From contig PWHJ01000001.1 in the NCBI GenBank assembly GCA_003554865.1, positions 14,046 through 78,045 of the forward strand: 64,000 bases of DNA, given 5' to 3'. Position numbers and translations under genes: made by a program. This stretch comes from Bacteroidota bacterium. Its GTDB lineage: Bacteria; Bacteroidota; Bacteroidia; Bacteroidales; PUMT01. The notes under the pieces are model-generated. The model searched no databases and was not told the DNA's origin. It was given only the letters and a program-made list of their open reading frames with translations. Position 1 is the stretch's first letter. Every line of letters begins with the position of its first letter. Below, piece after piece: positions 39,971 through 49,907 of this stretch.

Positions 39971-40546
39971 ATGGTAAAATTATCGGTTAAAATTTCTCTT
40001 ATTCTTACCCTGGCGTTAATATTTGCCCAATATTCAAAGGCTGGTGATAACGGTGACCGTCAGGGCAACTTTTATTACGGCGGGTATCTGGGGATACGCA
40101 TGGGGGAGATAAACCATTATGATATATCTCCCACGGCCGGGTATTTTATTACTCCCAGGATCAGCATTGCTGCGGCGGGCAAATACCAGTTTTACAGGGA
40201 CAAGCGTTTGTTCTCGCGCTTTGATTCACATATATACGGATTTGGGGTGACGGCAGATTACTTTATAATTGAGGATCTCAATAAAGTGCTTCCCTTCCGT
40301 GTGCATGGAGGGCTTTTTCTGCAGGCTGAAACTGAATTTTTGCACCTTGAAAGGGAGCATTTCGGCCCTGATGCAGGAGAAAACATGGAGGGTCGTTTCT
40401 GGCACCCCATTTTTCTAGGAGGAGCCGGACTTCGTTATGAGGGGGATGAGGGTCATTTTTTTAATTTCTTGTTCCTGTTTGAATTGAGCCACAGTGACGT
40501 TTCACTTTATCACACCCCTGCCTTCCGCATAGGTTTTTTCTTCTGA
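39971..40546 (+). CDS. Putative outer-membrane beta-barrel protein
   Basis: Signal peptide, alternating aromatic/Gly strands, C-terminal Phe; ATG at 39971 preferred because TTG at 39962 lies inside a TAGCTTTG promoter element. Confidence 0.6.
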   Translation: MVKLSVKISLILTLALIFAQYSKAGDNGDRQGNFYYGGYLGIRMGEINHYDISPTAGYFITPRISIAAAGKYQFYRDKRLFSRFDSHIYGFGVTADYFIIEDLNKVLPFRVHGGLFLQAETEFLHLEREHFGPDAGENMEGRFWHPIFLGGAGLRYEGDEGHFFNFLFLFELSHSDVSLYHTPAFRIGFFF

Positions 40547-40614
40547 CAACCCTGCCGGGAAAACCTGGCAGGAGAAGAGGTAACCTGGGGTGGATGGCAC
40601 ACCCATACAAACAC

Positions 40615-40648
40615 AAAAAAAGCTATGAATAAAATTCAAAGCTTTTTT
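40615..40648. terminator. Bidirectional terminator downstream of the cold-shock gene
   Basis: AAAAAAAGCT-ATGAAT-AAA-ATTCA-AAGCTTTTTT imperfect hairpin with A and T flanks. Confidence 0.6.
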
Positions 40649-40678
40649 AAATAAATGGATAAAATAAAGCTTTATCCT

Positions 40679-40879
40679 TTATTCCGCAATTTTAACTTCG
40701 GTTGCCTGAGGACCTCTTTTGCCTTCAACAATTTCAAATGTCACCTCCTGTCCTTCTTCAAGCGACCTGAAGCCGTCCTGCTCAATTCCAGTATAGTGAA
40801 CAAATATATCGTTCCCCTCTTCCGAATGAATGAATCCGTAACCTTTGGCTGAATCAAACCATTTAACTTTGCCTTTCAT
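40679..40879 (-). CDS. Cold-shock protein (CspA family)
   Basis: GKVKWF, KGYGFI (RNP1), DIFVHY (RNP2) and GPQA; TATATTTG element at 40950-40957 (minus). Confidence 0.95.
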   Translation of the reverse strand: MKGKVKWFDSAKGYGFIHSEEGNDIFVHYTGIEQDGFRSLEEGQEVTFEIVEGKRGPQATEVKIAE

Positions 40880-40969
40880 GCTAATTATATATTAAAAAAT
40901 TAAAAAAAAAATGTATCATTACAAAGTAAAGATATTTTTTTTATCCATGCAAATATAATTTACAAACTT

Positions 40970-41854
40970 TCAGTTATTTTTTTTAGCTGCAACAGTTTCT
41001 ATGTCACAGAGTTTTATTTTTTCCCTGTCTCTCATGTTGTAATTGTCCCCGGGGTACAGGATTTTATATCCTATTCCGTTGTCTTCGCCGGTTATGCTTT
41101 CATGGGTGGTAATTGCCACATTTCCGGCCCCTTTCACTTCAAAAGTGTCCCCGCTGACTATGATGGCGGTTGATTCGGAAATACCTATGCCCAGTAGCCG
41201 GGGATATTTCAGGACTATTTCCTGAATGTCACCCCATCTGTTTCTTGTATCAATATGCTGGTCTATTGCAGTGTTTTTTAAAAAGCCTAATCCTTTGCGG
41301 TGTTTTTCATTATCGGAGATCATTATAGTGTTACCCGACACATCTCCTCTTGCAAGGAAAGAGCCCTGTATGCTTGCCCCGGCAGACGAGCCCCCAATAA
41401 CTCCGCCACGTTTAAGCAGTTCATAGAGGCTTATGTGTGTTTGCGTTTTGTAATATGCATCAACCAGTCGCCATTGACGGCCGCCTTCAAACCAAACCCC
41501 GGAAGCGCTGTCAATTTTACTGTAAAATTCTTTTTTATTTGCTTCCTCCGGATCGGTTGTGTGCAGTACAGTAACATTTGAAAACCCGATATCCTCCCAT
41601 TTTTCCTTTGCCAACAAAGTGTCTATCCTGTCCGGTGAGCCCGCGGTTGGTATAACAACTATATTTGCTTCAAACCCTCCCGCCAGAGAGGCAAACTTTT
41701 CATGTATAACGGTTGGGATCCTGCCTCCGCCCGCAATTACAAGGCTTCCCTTTTCGGGTCCTATAACGGGAGAATCTGAACGGTTTCCGCATGAATGAAA
41801 CAGTAAAACTATCACTGAAATTAACAGGCAGGTTGCACGCTTTGTAGTTAACAT
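40970..41854 (-). CDS. Cyanophycinase-like peptidase S51, lipoprotein
   Basis: Lipobox FHSC; IAGGG, IPTA, GGRQWRL, GGSSAGA nucleophile, IDQH..R.R and GI.E.TA. Confidence 0.85.
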   Translation of the reverse strand: MLTTKRATCLLISVIVLLFHSCGNRSDSPVIGPEKGSLVIAGGGRIPTVIHEKFASLAGGFEANIVVIPTAGSPDRIDTLLAKEKWEDIGFSNVTVLHTTDPEEANKKEFYSKIDSASGVWFEGGRQWRLVDAYYKTQTHISLYELLKRGGVIGGSSAGASIQGSFLARGDVSGNTIMISDNEKHRKGLGFLKNTAIDQHIDTRNRWGDIQEIVLKYPRLLGIGISESTAIIVSGDTFEVKGAGNVAITTHESITGEDNGIGYKILYPGDNYNMRDREKIKLCDIETVAAKKNN

Positions 41855-41895
41855 AGTCTTTAGTTTTATACTTGATTATAAGGTGACCTGGTATG

Positions 41896-42174
41896 CTATA
41901 AGATGCTGAATCCTTCACTGTTTTCCAATTCAGCTTCCTCGGTGTTGATATTCTCAACCAATGCTGCGGAGGGTCCTTTGCTGCATTTGGAAACGAACTC
42001 CTGCAGATTGCTTTCTTCGCCTTCTCCTTCAATGTAAACCGACCCATCGGGCATGTTTTTTACAAAACCGCTTATGCCAAGCTTGCGGGCATTGTTTTGT
42101 GCAAAAAAGCGAAAACCTACTCCCTGTACAATACCGTAAACATTTATTTTTAATCGTTTCATGGATGTATTCAA
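41896..42174 (-). CDS. acyP: Acylphosphatase
   Basis: G.VQGVGFR and GFVKN..DGSV signatures; start may be 42162. Confidence 0.93.
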   Translation of the reverse strand: MNTSMKRLKINVYGIVQGVGFRFFAQNNARKLGISGFVKNMPDGSVYIEGEGEESNLQEFVSKCSKGPSAALVENINTEEAELENSEGFSIL

Positions 42175-42331
42175 TTTAATCTTTTATTTTAACGCAGTTT
42201 TTCAATAGCCAAAATAAATAATTTTATTGAAAATATAATTTATTTTTTAACAAGCGTTTTTCTTAAAACCAACACCTGTTATATTTGCATAAAATGGGGA
42301 AATATCATCTAAAGCAATTATTCTGCCGGTA

Positions 42332-45300
42332 ATGAGTCAGAGTTTTTACACCACGGGCATAGATGCCGGTTCCACAACGGTTAAAGTTGCCGTTATTGAC
42401 GGTGAGGGTAAACTTTTATTCAAGGGATACAGGCGTCACAATTCACGCATAAGGGAGACGCTTGCTTCTCTTTTGAGCGAGGCTTCCGGTTCCCTTGCCG
42501 GAGATCATGAGGTTTCTCTCAATATGACCGGCTCGGCGGGTATGGGACTGGCAGAGAATATGAAAATGCCTTTTATTCAGGAAGTGGTTGCCTCAGCCTT
42601 ATATGTTGAGAAGTTTTACCCCGGCACCTCTGTGCTTATGGATCTCGGGGGGGAGGATTCGAAAATGATTTTTTTTTCCCCTTTCAGGGGTCCCGATATC
42701 AGGATGAACGGCAACTGTGCAGGTGGCACCGGCTCTTTCATTGATCAGATGGCTTCGCTTCTTAATATGTCGGTTCGGGAAATGGATGAGCTTGCAGGCA
42801 AGTCTTCAACAGTTTACCCCATAGCTTCAAGGTGCGGGGTTTTTGCCAAAACAGATGTACAGAACCTTATCAGCAGACGCATACCCGTTGAGGATATAGC
42901 TGCATCAGTTTTCCATGCTGTAGCACTTCAGGCAATTACTACCCTTTCAAGGGGCAAAAAGCCCGTTTCCCCTTTTTTGCTTGTTGGCGGACCGGTTACT
43001 TTTATTAAGTCCCTTCCCCCTGTTTTTGCTTCAGTTCTCAATGAGGATCCTGCTAATATGGAGGTTCCCCCTGATTCAGAGTTTGTTCCTGCAATTGGTG
43101 CCGCTTACGGGGCCGCGGGAAAAAACAGAGTGAAGCTTTCGGATATAACAGAAAGGCTCAAAAAGCCTTTTGCTCCCTCCGCCAGTAAAAGCGGCGGATT
43201 AAAGCCCCTGTTTAAGGACAGCACCTTAATACCTGAATGGAAAAAAGAGAATTCAACCCTTCCTTTTAAAAGATACGATTTTAACCGTAGCAGCCACACT
43301 GATGCCTTTTTGGGAATTGATTCAGGCTCGTCAACAACAAAAATCACCGTAATTACAGGCAATGATGAGCTGTTGTTTGATTTTTACAGTAATAACCGCG
43401 GCCGGCCGCTTGATACAGTCTCGGAGGGACTGGAGAGTTTTTGGGAGCTTATGGAGGAAAAAGGTGTTGATGTAAATATAAGGGCAAGTGCAGTGACCGG
43501 ATATGGGGAGGAGCTTATAAAAGCCGGTCTTGACCTGGATTTCGGGATTGTAGAGACCATTGCACATTATATGGCAGCAAAAAACCTGGATGAAAATGTT
43601 TCTTTTGTGCTCGATATTGGCGGACAGGATATGAAAGCCGTTTTCATAGAAAACGGATCAATAAGTAAAATGGAGATCAATGAAGCCTGTTCCTCGGGGT
43701 GCGGCACATTTATCGAGGGCTTTGCGGAATCCCTGGGATACAGTGTTTCCGATTTTGCCGATATGGCCTGTTATTCCGCCTCTCCTTCTGAGCTTGGAAC
43801 AAGATGCACAGTTTTCATGAATTCGCGGGTTAAGCAGGCTTTCAGGGACGGGGCTGGGGCGGATGATATATCGGCCGGACTGGCTTATTCGGTTGTACAG
43901 AATTGTCTTTTTAAGGTACTGAATATTAGCAATATGGACGACCTGGGTGATAATGTGGTTGCCCAGGGCGGGGCTTTTCGCAATCCCGCGATATTGAGGG
44001 CACTTCAACAACTTACCGGCAAGAGTGTTTCCTGTTCAACTCATCCCGAACTTATGGGGGCCTTTGGTGCAGCTTTGTACGCCAAGCAACGAAGCGGCGG
44101 GGTCGGGGAAAAAGACCGCAACGCGAGATTGAAGGGGAGGGTGAGTTGTGAGTCGGAAAAGAGGGTTACTTGCAAAGGTTGTACAAATCATTGTGTTGTT
44201 ACTGAATTTCTCTTCTCCAACGGCAATAAATATTTCTCCGGCAACAAATGTGAAAAAGTTTTTCAAAACAAAGGGAATGAGGCAAAGCAGGGGGTTAACC
44301 ATTATGAATATATGTACCGTACCCTTTTCAAAAAAGTTAACCAGCCTGTATCCCCCAAGGGTCTGAGGATAGGTATTCCAAGAGCGCTTAACATGTATGA
44401 GAATTTTCCATTCTGGAATACCCTTTTTAACGGTTGTGGCATTAGTGTTGAGCTTTCCGCTCACTCAAATTATGATATGTACAAAAAGGGGGCCGGAACT
44501 GTTATGTCTGACAATATTTGCATGCCCGCCAAAATGACTCACGGCCATATTATTGATCTTATAGAAAAAGGAGTTGACAGGATTTTCTTCCCCATTACAG
44601 TTTATGAGAAAAGTGAGTTTCGGGAGGCCGACAACACTTTTAACTGCCCGGTAGTTACAGGCTATGCAGAGGTGCTGAAAAGCTCGCTGAACCCTTTAAA
44701 AAATTATGGCATACCCCTTGATCATCCTGTTGTAGGGTTCAGGTACAGGGATTTGCTCAAAAAATCCTGCAGACAGTATATGAAGTCCCTTGGGGTAAAG
44801 GATAAAACTTTCAAAAAAGCTTTTGAAAATGCTTTACGTGTGAGTGAATCAGTTAAGCACGGGTTGCGTTACCGCGGCAAACAAATTCTTGAAAATGCCC
44901 TCTCATCTGGCAGACTTGTTATTGTACTGGCCGGCAGACCTTATCATTCCGATCCTTTTATTCAGCACAAGGTGGCTGAAATGTTCACATCCATGGATGT
45001 TGACGTGGTAAGTGAGGATCACTTTGCGGACAGTGACATGGGGACTTTTTCGGCTCTTTCGGGAGTTTGCCAGTGGGCTTATCCCAACAGGATAATATCT
45101 GCAGCCTCCCAGGTTGGCCGGTTGCCCAACAATGTACAACTGGTGCAGCTTAACAGTTTTGGCTGCGGACCGGACAGCTTTCTGATGGAAAAAATTTCCC
45201 ACATTTTGTCAACTAAAGGAAAAAATCACACGGTACTAAAGATAGACGATATTACAAGTCCCGGCTCCCTCAGGCTCAGGGTTCGTTCCCTTGTGGAATC

Positions 45301-46600
45301 AATAAGGCTTAATGTTGAACAAATCAACAAATCCTGTGCATCTTTTCCTTCCAATAAAACTTTTACAGAGGATGACCGTGACAGGACCATTCTTGCACCC
45401 TGGTTCTCAGATTTTTACTCCCCTTTTATTCCCTCTCTTGCAAAGGTAGCCGGTTACCGTTTTGAAAACCTGCCTCCATCAGACCGCAGATCCGCCGAAC
45501 TGGGCCTCACTTATGCCAACAATGAAATTTGTTATCCTGCCACTCTTGTTGTCGGCGATATAATCAAGGGTTTGCAGTCTGGGAAATACGAAAGGAATAA
45601 GGTGGCGGTGGGGATAACCCAGACCGGCGGTCAGTGCCGGGCAACCAGCTACATCAATCTTATCAAAAAAGCATTGAGCCATTCCGGATACTCCGATGTA
45701 CCCGTAATTTCTGTGACAGGAGCTTATGGAGCCATAAACGAGCAGCCCGGGTTTTCGATCAACTGGAAAAAGATGGCAAGGATCACTCTTTCCACGTTGC
45801 TTTATGCCGATGCGCTTTCCTCGATGTATTATTCATCCGTTACACGCGAAAAAGAAAAAGGAACTTCGCTAGGGCTTGTAAACCAATATATAGAAGCTGC
45901 AAAACCTCTGGCAGAAAACTCCGACTGCAGGGGATTGAGGGAACTTCTGGAGGAGGCGGTTTCCCGTTTCAACAATATACCCCTTGGAGATTTTGAACCC
46001 CCGCGCATCGGGGTAGTGGGAGAGATATATGTGAAATACAACTCCTTCGGAAATTACAATATAGTAAAATGGCTTATAGAAAACGGGGTGGAGGTTGTTG
46101 TACCTCCGCTGCTGGACTTTATGATACAGGGATTTGTTAACCGCAAGGTAAATATTTCAAAAAATCTTTCAAGGGGGTTATATTTTGATCCTCTTACGGA
46201 ACTTATGGAGTGGCAGGCAAACAGGATGATAAGGGCAAATGAGAAAATTATGCAAAAATACAGATTTTACCGCCCTCTCTACCCTATATGGGATGAGGCA
46301 GAAAAAGCTTCGGAAATTCTTGATCTGGCCAACCAGTACGGGGAAGGCTGGCTTATTCCGGCAGAGATTGCGGGATTTGCCAGGGAAGGTGTTAATCATG
46401 TAGTATGTATGCAGCCGTTTGGTTGCATTGCCAATCACATAATAGCAAAAGGTGTTGAAAAAAGAATAAAGGATTTGTATCCTTCAATGGATATTCTTTA
46501 CCTGGATTTTGATGCCGGAACCACAGAGGTGAATGTTATGAACAGGCTCCATTTTCTCATGCGAAGCGCAAGAGCACAAAATACCTGCTGCGATGGTTAA
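42332..46600 (+). CDS. Fused double CoA-activase (ASKHA ATPase) plus DUF2229/2-hydroxyacyl-CoA dehydratase-like protein; PlsA/PlsR (plasmalogen synthase) or Ger-like
   Basis: Two activase domains (GIDAGSTT...CAGGTG...RCGVFA and GIDSGSST...CSSGCG...RCTVF), CxxCxNxC linker, GIPRAL, C.PAK..HGH, SFGCG.D, ICYPA, GGQCRA and QPFGC; TATATTTG promoter at 42280-42287. Confidence 0.85.
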   Translation: MSQSFYTTGIDAGSTTVKVAVIDGEGKLLFKGYRRHNSRIRETLASLLSEASGSLAGDHEVSLNMTGSAGMGLAENMKMPFIQEVVASALYVEKFYPGTSVLMDLGGEDSKMIFFSPFRGPDIRMNGNCAGGTGSFIDQMASLLNMSVREMDELAGKSSTVYPIASRCGVFAKTDVQNLISRRIPVEDIAASVFHAVALQAITTLSRGKKPVSPFLLVGGPVTFIKSLPPVFASVLNEDPANMEVPPDSEFVPAIGAAYGAAGKNRVKLSDITERLKKPFAPSASKSGGLKPLFKDSTLIPEWKKENSTLPFKRYDFNRSSHTDAFLGIDSGSSTTKITVITGNDELLFDFYSNNRGRPLDTVSEGLESFWELMEEKGVDVNIRASAVTGYGEELIKAGLDLDFGIVETIAHYMAAKNLDENVSFVLDIGGQDMKAVFIENGSISKMEINEACSSGCGTFIEGFAESLGYSVSDFADMACYSASPSELGTRCTVFMNSRVKQAFRDGAGADDISAGLAYSVVQNCLFKVLNISNMDDLGDNVVAQGGAFRNPAILRALQQLTGKSVSCSTHPELMGAFGAALYAKQRSGGVGEKDRNARLKGRVSCESEKRVTCKGCTNHCVVTEFLFSNGNKYFSGNKCEKVFQNKGNEAKQGVNHYEYMYRTLFKKVNQPVSPKGLRIGIPRALNMYENFPFWNTLFNGCGISVELSAHSNYDMYKKGAGTVMSDNICMPAKMTHGHIIDLIEKGVDRIFFPITVYEKSEFREADNTFNCPVVTGYAEVLKSSLNPLKNYGIPLDHPVVGFRYRDLLKKSCRQYMKSLGVKDKTFKKAFENALRVSESVKHGLRYRGKQILENALSSGRLVIVLAGRPYHSDPFIQHKVAEMFTSMDVDVVSEDHFADSDMGTFSALSGVCQWAYPNRIISAASQVGRLPNNVQLVQLNSFGCGPDSFLMEKISHILSTKGKNHTVLKIDDITSPGSLRLRVRSLVESIRLNVEQINKSCASFPSNKTFTEDDRDRTILAPWFSDFYSPFIPSLAKVAGYRFENLPPSDRRSAELGLTYANNEICYPATLVVGDIIKGLQSGKYERNKVAVGITQTGGQCRATSYINLIKKALSHSGYSDVPVISVTGAYGAINEQPGFSINWKKMARITLSTLLYADALSSMYYSSVTREKEKGTSLGLVNQYIEAAKPLAENSDCRGLRELLEEAVSRFNNIPLGDFEPPRIGVVGEIYVKYNSFGNYNIVKWLIENGVEVVVPPLLDFMIQGFVNRKVNISKNLSRGLYFDPLTELMEWQANRMIRANEKIMQKYRFYRPLYPIWDEAEKASEILDLANQYGEGWLIPAEIAGFAREGVNHVVCMQPFGCIANHIIAKGVEKRIKDLYPSMDILYLDFDAGTTEVNVMNRLHFLMRSARAQNTCCDG

Positions 46601-46704
46601 AATAAAGGCTTTTTTTTGCCGGGGACTTGGGTGATCATAAAAAATAATTGATATTTGCAATATAATTTTTAATTAATTTGGCTAATAAACAAACAATCTA
46701 AAAG

Positions 46705-49233
46705 ATGAAATCAGTATTATTAAAGTTTTTCCTTTTCTTTCTTTTTTGTCCACTATTTTCACAAGCAGTTCAATCCCCCTTTGAATTTCTCGGTTATGAG
46801 CTGGGTGATAGACTTACTTACCATAATCGTGTAGTTGATTATTTTGAGCATGTAGCTTCAGTTTCTCCGAATGTGGAGCTTGAACATTACGGTGAAACAT
46901 GGGAAAAACGGCCTCTTGTGGCAGCCATAGTAACCTCTGCTGCGAATATGGAGAATCTTGAAGATATACGGCTTTCAAATCTTGCAAAGGCCGGATTTGT
47001 GGAGGATAAAGAAACAGGCCGGCAAATGCCTGTGGTATGGCTAAGTTACAATATTCACGGCAATGAAGCCTCGGCCACGGAAGCTGCACTTAAAACACTT
47101 TATTCTCTTGTATCAGATAAGTATCCAGAGGGAGAAAACTGGCTGGATCATTGTGTGGTAATAATTGACCCTTGCCTAAATCCCGACGGACGCGAAAAAT
47201 ATGCAATGCAGTACCATTCAAGAGCCGGGAACAGAATAAATCTTGATCCGAACTCCTGGCACCGGAGTCAGCCCTGGCCCGGAACCCGTGTTAACCATTA
47301 TCTTTATGATCTTAACCGCGACTGGCCATGGCAGACCCAGAAAGAGACCAGACGGCGGCTGAGCTTTTACAGGCAATGGATGCCACATATACATATTGAC
47401 TTTCATGAAATGGGCGCCGACAGGTATTATTTTTTCCCTCCCGCCGCCAAGCCTCAACACGAAGTTATTACCCAATGGCAAAGGGAGTTTCAGGAAATTT
47501 TCGGAAGCCGTCTTGCAGATAATTTCGACAGCCGCAACGAGCTTTATTGGACCGGTGAGTCGTTCGACCTGTTAAGTCCGTCATACGGTGATACATGGCC
47601 AACTTTCAACGGCGCCCTCGGATTTACATTCGAGCAGGGAGGCTCCGGCAGGGCCGGGCTTGCCGTTGAGCTTCAAACCGGTGATACCCTGACACTGGCC
47701 GACCGTATTGAAAACCAGTATAATGCCGGTATAACCACTGTTGAAACAGCTTTTGAGATGCGTGAACGCATCCTTGAAGAGTTCAATTCCTTTTTTGCAA
47801 GAGGAGAAAATGACCCTCCCGGTGAATATAAAAGTTACGTGATACGCTCTTCAAACAGCGACGGTACACTGGAGGCCCTTACATCTTTTCTTGACAGAAA
47901 CGGTATCGAATATGCCCATCCCGGCTCGGCCGGCAGAACATATACCGGCTTTTCCTATCTCGGGAATGAAGAAAGCCGTTTTGAGCTTGATGAGAATGAC
48001 GTTGTTGTAAGCGCTTATCAACCCCATTCTCATTTGGTGCAGGTTTTCTTTGAGCCCGAAACCATGCACACCGATACTATTTCATACGATATCACAGCAT
48101 GGGCATTACCCTATGCTTATAATGCAGAAGCTTATGCAGTAAATCAGAGGATCGGGGTTTCTGACAAGCCTGTTGAGTTTCCTTTTTCAGAAAATGAATA
48201 TTCCGGTGAAAGCCCTTATGCTTATATAGCTGAGTGGACTGATATGCGGAGTGTTTCTTTCCTTTCCGCTCTTCTTCAGGAGGAGATAAGGGTAAGGTAC
48301 GCAACCGAACCTTTCGCCGTCAACGGCAATGATTTTGACAGAGGGACAATTGTTATAACACGTGCGGATAACTCCCATATATCGGGTTTAGACTCCCTGG
48401 TGGTTGAGCTTTCAAACAGCTCCTCTGTTGAGCTGTTTACAACTTCCACCGGCATGTCAACAAAAGGGAAAGACCTTGGCTCAAGGAGCTTTTCCTATAT
48501 TGCCCCCCCCGATGTGATGCTTGTCGGCGGCAGCGGTACATCATCAGCTTCAGTAGGCGATTTATGGTACTATTTTGAGCAGGTGCTGGATTATCCCCTC
48601 ACTATTGTGGAACCCGACAATCTGCAGTCAGTCGGCCTTGACAGGTATGATATAGTTATTTTGCCTGCGGGTAATTATATCGGTGAGGGAGAAATGGAGA
48701 GATTGATCGATTTTGCAAGGGGAGGAGGAAGGCTTATTGCACTGGAAAGCGCTTTAAGACCTTTTGCAAACAGGAATGAGCTTGATTTTGGAGAAGCTGT
48801 TTCCAGATACAGAGATCAAAGGCAAAAGGAAGAGCAGGAATGGCCAGAGGATCCGCGGGATCTGCTTATAGGCTACAACGAGCTGCGCACTGAGGATTTA
48901 AAGGAGAGGACAAGCGGAAGCATTTACAGGGTGACCCTTGATGAGTCCAGTCCCCTGGCATACGGTATAGGGGAAAACTGGTTTGTTCAGAAAAGAAACA
49001 GCACAGTTTACCCGTATTTGCCAAGAGGATCATGGAATGTGGGTACACTCAGGGATAACAGTTATGTTTCAGGATATGTCGGGGAGAAGCTGAGAGAAGA
49101 GTTTCTGCATTCTCTTGTGATAGGAAACGAGAATCTGGGCAGAGGTGATATAATTTATATTACTGATTCGCCTCTTTTCAGGGGTTACTGGCACAGCGGC
49201 CGGATGCTGTTCGGGAATATGCTGTTTTTTTAA
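46705..49233 (+). CDS. Secreted M14 zinc carboxypeptidase with C-terminal GATase-like domain
   Basis: Signal peptide; HGNE, NPDG, DLNRD and DFHEM motifs. Confidence 0.88.
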   Translation: MKSVLLKFFLFFLFCPLFSQAVQSPFEFLGYELGDRLTYHNRVVDYFEHVASVSPNVELEHYGETWEKRPLVAAIVTSAANMENLEDIRLSNLAKAGFVEDKETGRQMPVVWLSYNIHGNEASATEAALKTLYSLVSDKYPEGENWLDHCVVIIDPCLNPDGREKYAMQYHSRAGNRINLDPNSWHRSQPWPGTRVNHYLYDLNRDWPWQTQKETRRRLSFYRQWMPHIHIDFHEMGADRYYFFPPAAKPQHEVITQWQREFQEIFGSRLADNFDSRNELYWTGESFDLLSPSYGDTWPTFNGALGFTFEQGGSGRAGLAVELQTGDTLTLADRIENQYNAGITTVETAFEMRERILEEFNSFFARGENDPPGEYKSYVIRSSNSDGTLEALTSFLDRNGIEYAHPGSAGRTYTGFSYLGNEESRFELDENDVVVSAYQPHSHLVQVFFEPETMHTDTISYDITAWALPYAYNAEAYAVNQRIGVSDKPVEFPFSENEYSGESPYAYIAEWTDMRSVSFLSALLQEEIRVRYATEPFAVNGNDFDRGTIVITRADNSHISGLDSLVVELSNSSSVELFTTSTGMSTKGKDLGSRSFSYIAPPDVMLVGGSGTSSASVGDLWYYFEQVLDYPLTIVEPDNLQSVGLDRYDIVILPAGNYIGEGEMERLIDFARGGGRLIALESALRPFANRNELDFGEAVSRYRDQRQKEEQEWPEDPRDLLIGYNELRTEDLKERTSGSIYRVTLDESSPLAYGIGENWFVQKRNSTVYPYLPRGSWNVGTLRDNSYVSGYVGEKLREEFLHSLVIGNENLGRGDIIYITDSPLFRGYWHSGRMLFGNMLFF

Positions 49234-49274
49234 TTTTTCAGCTTTTTTATCAGTTTGTTACTATTTCAATACAA

Positions 49275-49880
49275 ATGGAATTAATTTTTTTATCCAGCCC
49301 CATGCTGATCGATTACGTTATAATTCCGTTATTGATCATGCTTGCGCGTATTGCGGATGTCAGCATCGGTACTCTCCGCATCATAATGTTGTCTAAAAAT
49401 AAAAAGGTTATCCCTCCTATTCTGGGTTTTTTTGAAGTGCTCATATGGATAGTTGCCATTTCAAGAATAATGCAGGATCTTGACAATTATGTGACCTATG
49501 TGGCTTATGCTGGTGGCTTTGCCATAGGAAACTATATAGGGATCAAAATAGAGGAGAAACTGGCAATGGGGGTCATGATCGTAAGGGTTGTAACCTCAAA
49601 GCCTGGCTGTGAGCTCATTGCACGACTGCGGGCAGCAAATTACGGGGTAACCACTGTTGATGCAAGGGGGGGCAGGGAGGATGTCAACATTATTTATACT
49701 ATTATTCACCGTTCGGAGCTGAAAAGAGTTGTTGAAATAATTAAAAAATACAATCCAAAAGCATTTTATTCTGTTGAGGATGTGAGATTCGTTAATGAGA
49801 GCACCTTTCCCTCGCGGCTTTCAATGCTTGGCAAAACACCTGACGGGTTAAAGTTTAAAAGGTGGAGGAAAGAAAAGTAA
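49275..49880 (+). CDS. UPF0316 / DUF2179 membrane protein
   Basis: ARI.DVS.GTLR, GFFEV.IW, YA.GFA.G.Y.G..IEEKLA.G and PKAF. Confidence 0.85.
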   Translation: MELIFLSSPMLIDYVIIPLLIMLARIADVSIGTLRIIMLSKNKKVIPPILGFFEVLIWIVAISRIMQDLDNYVTYVAYAGGFAIGNYIGIKIEEKLAMGVMIVRVVTSKPGCELIARLRAANYGVTTVDARGGREDVNIIYTIIHRSELKRVVEIIKKYNPKAFYSVEDVRFVNESTFPSRLSMLGKTPDGLKFKRWRKEK

Positions 49881-49907
49881 GGGATAAAAAATGCATATCC
49901 ATCAGAA

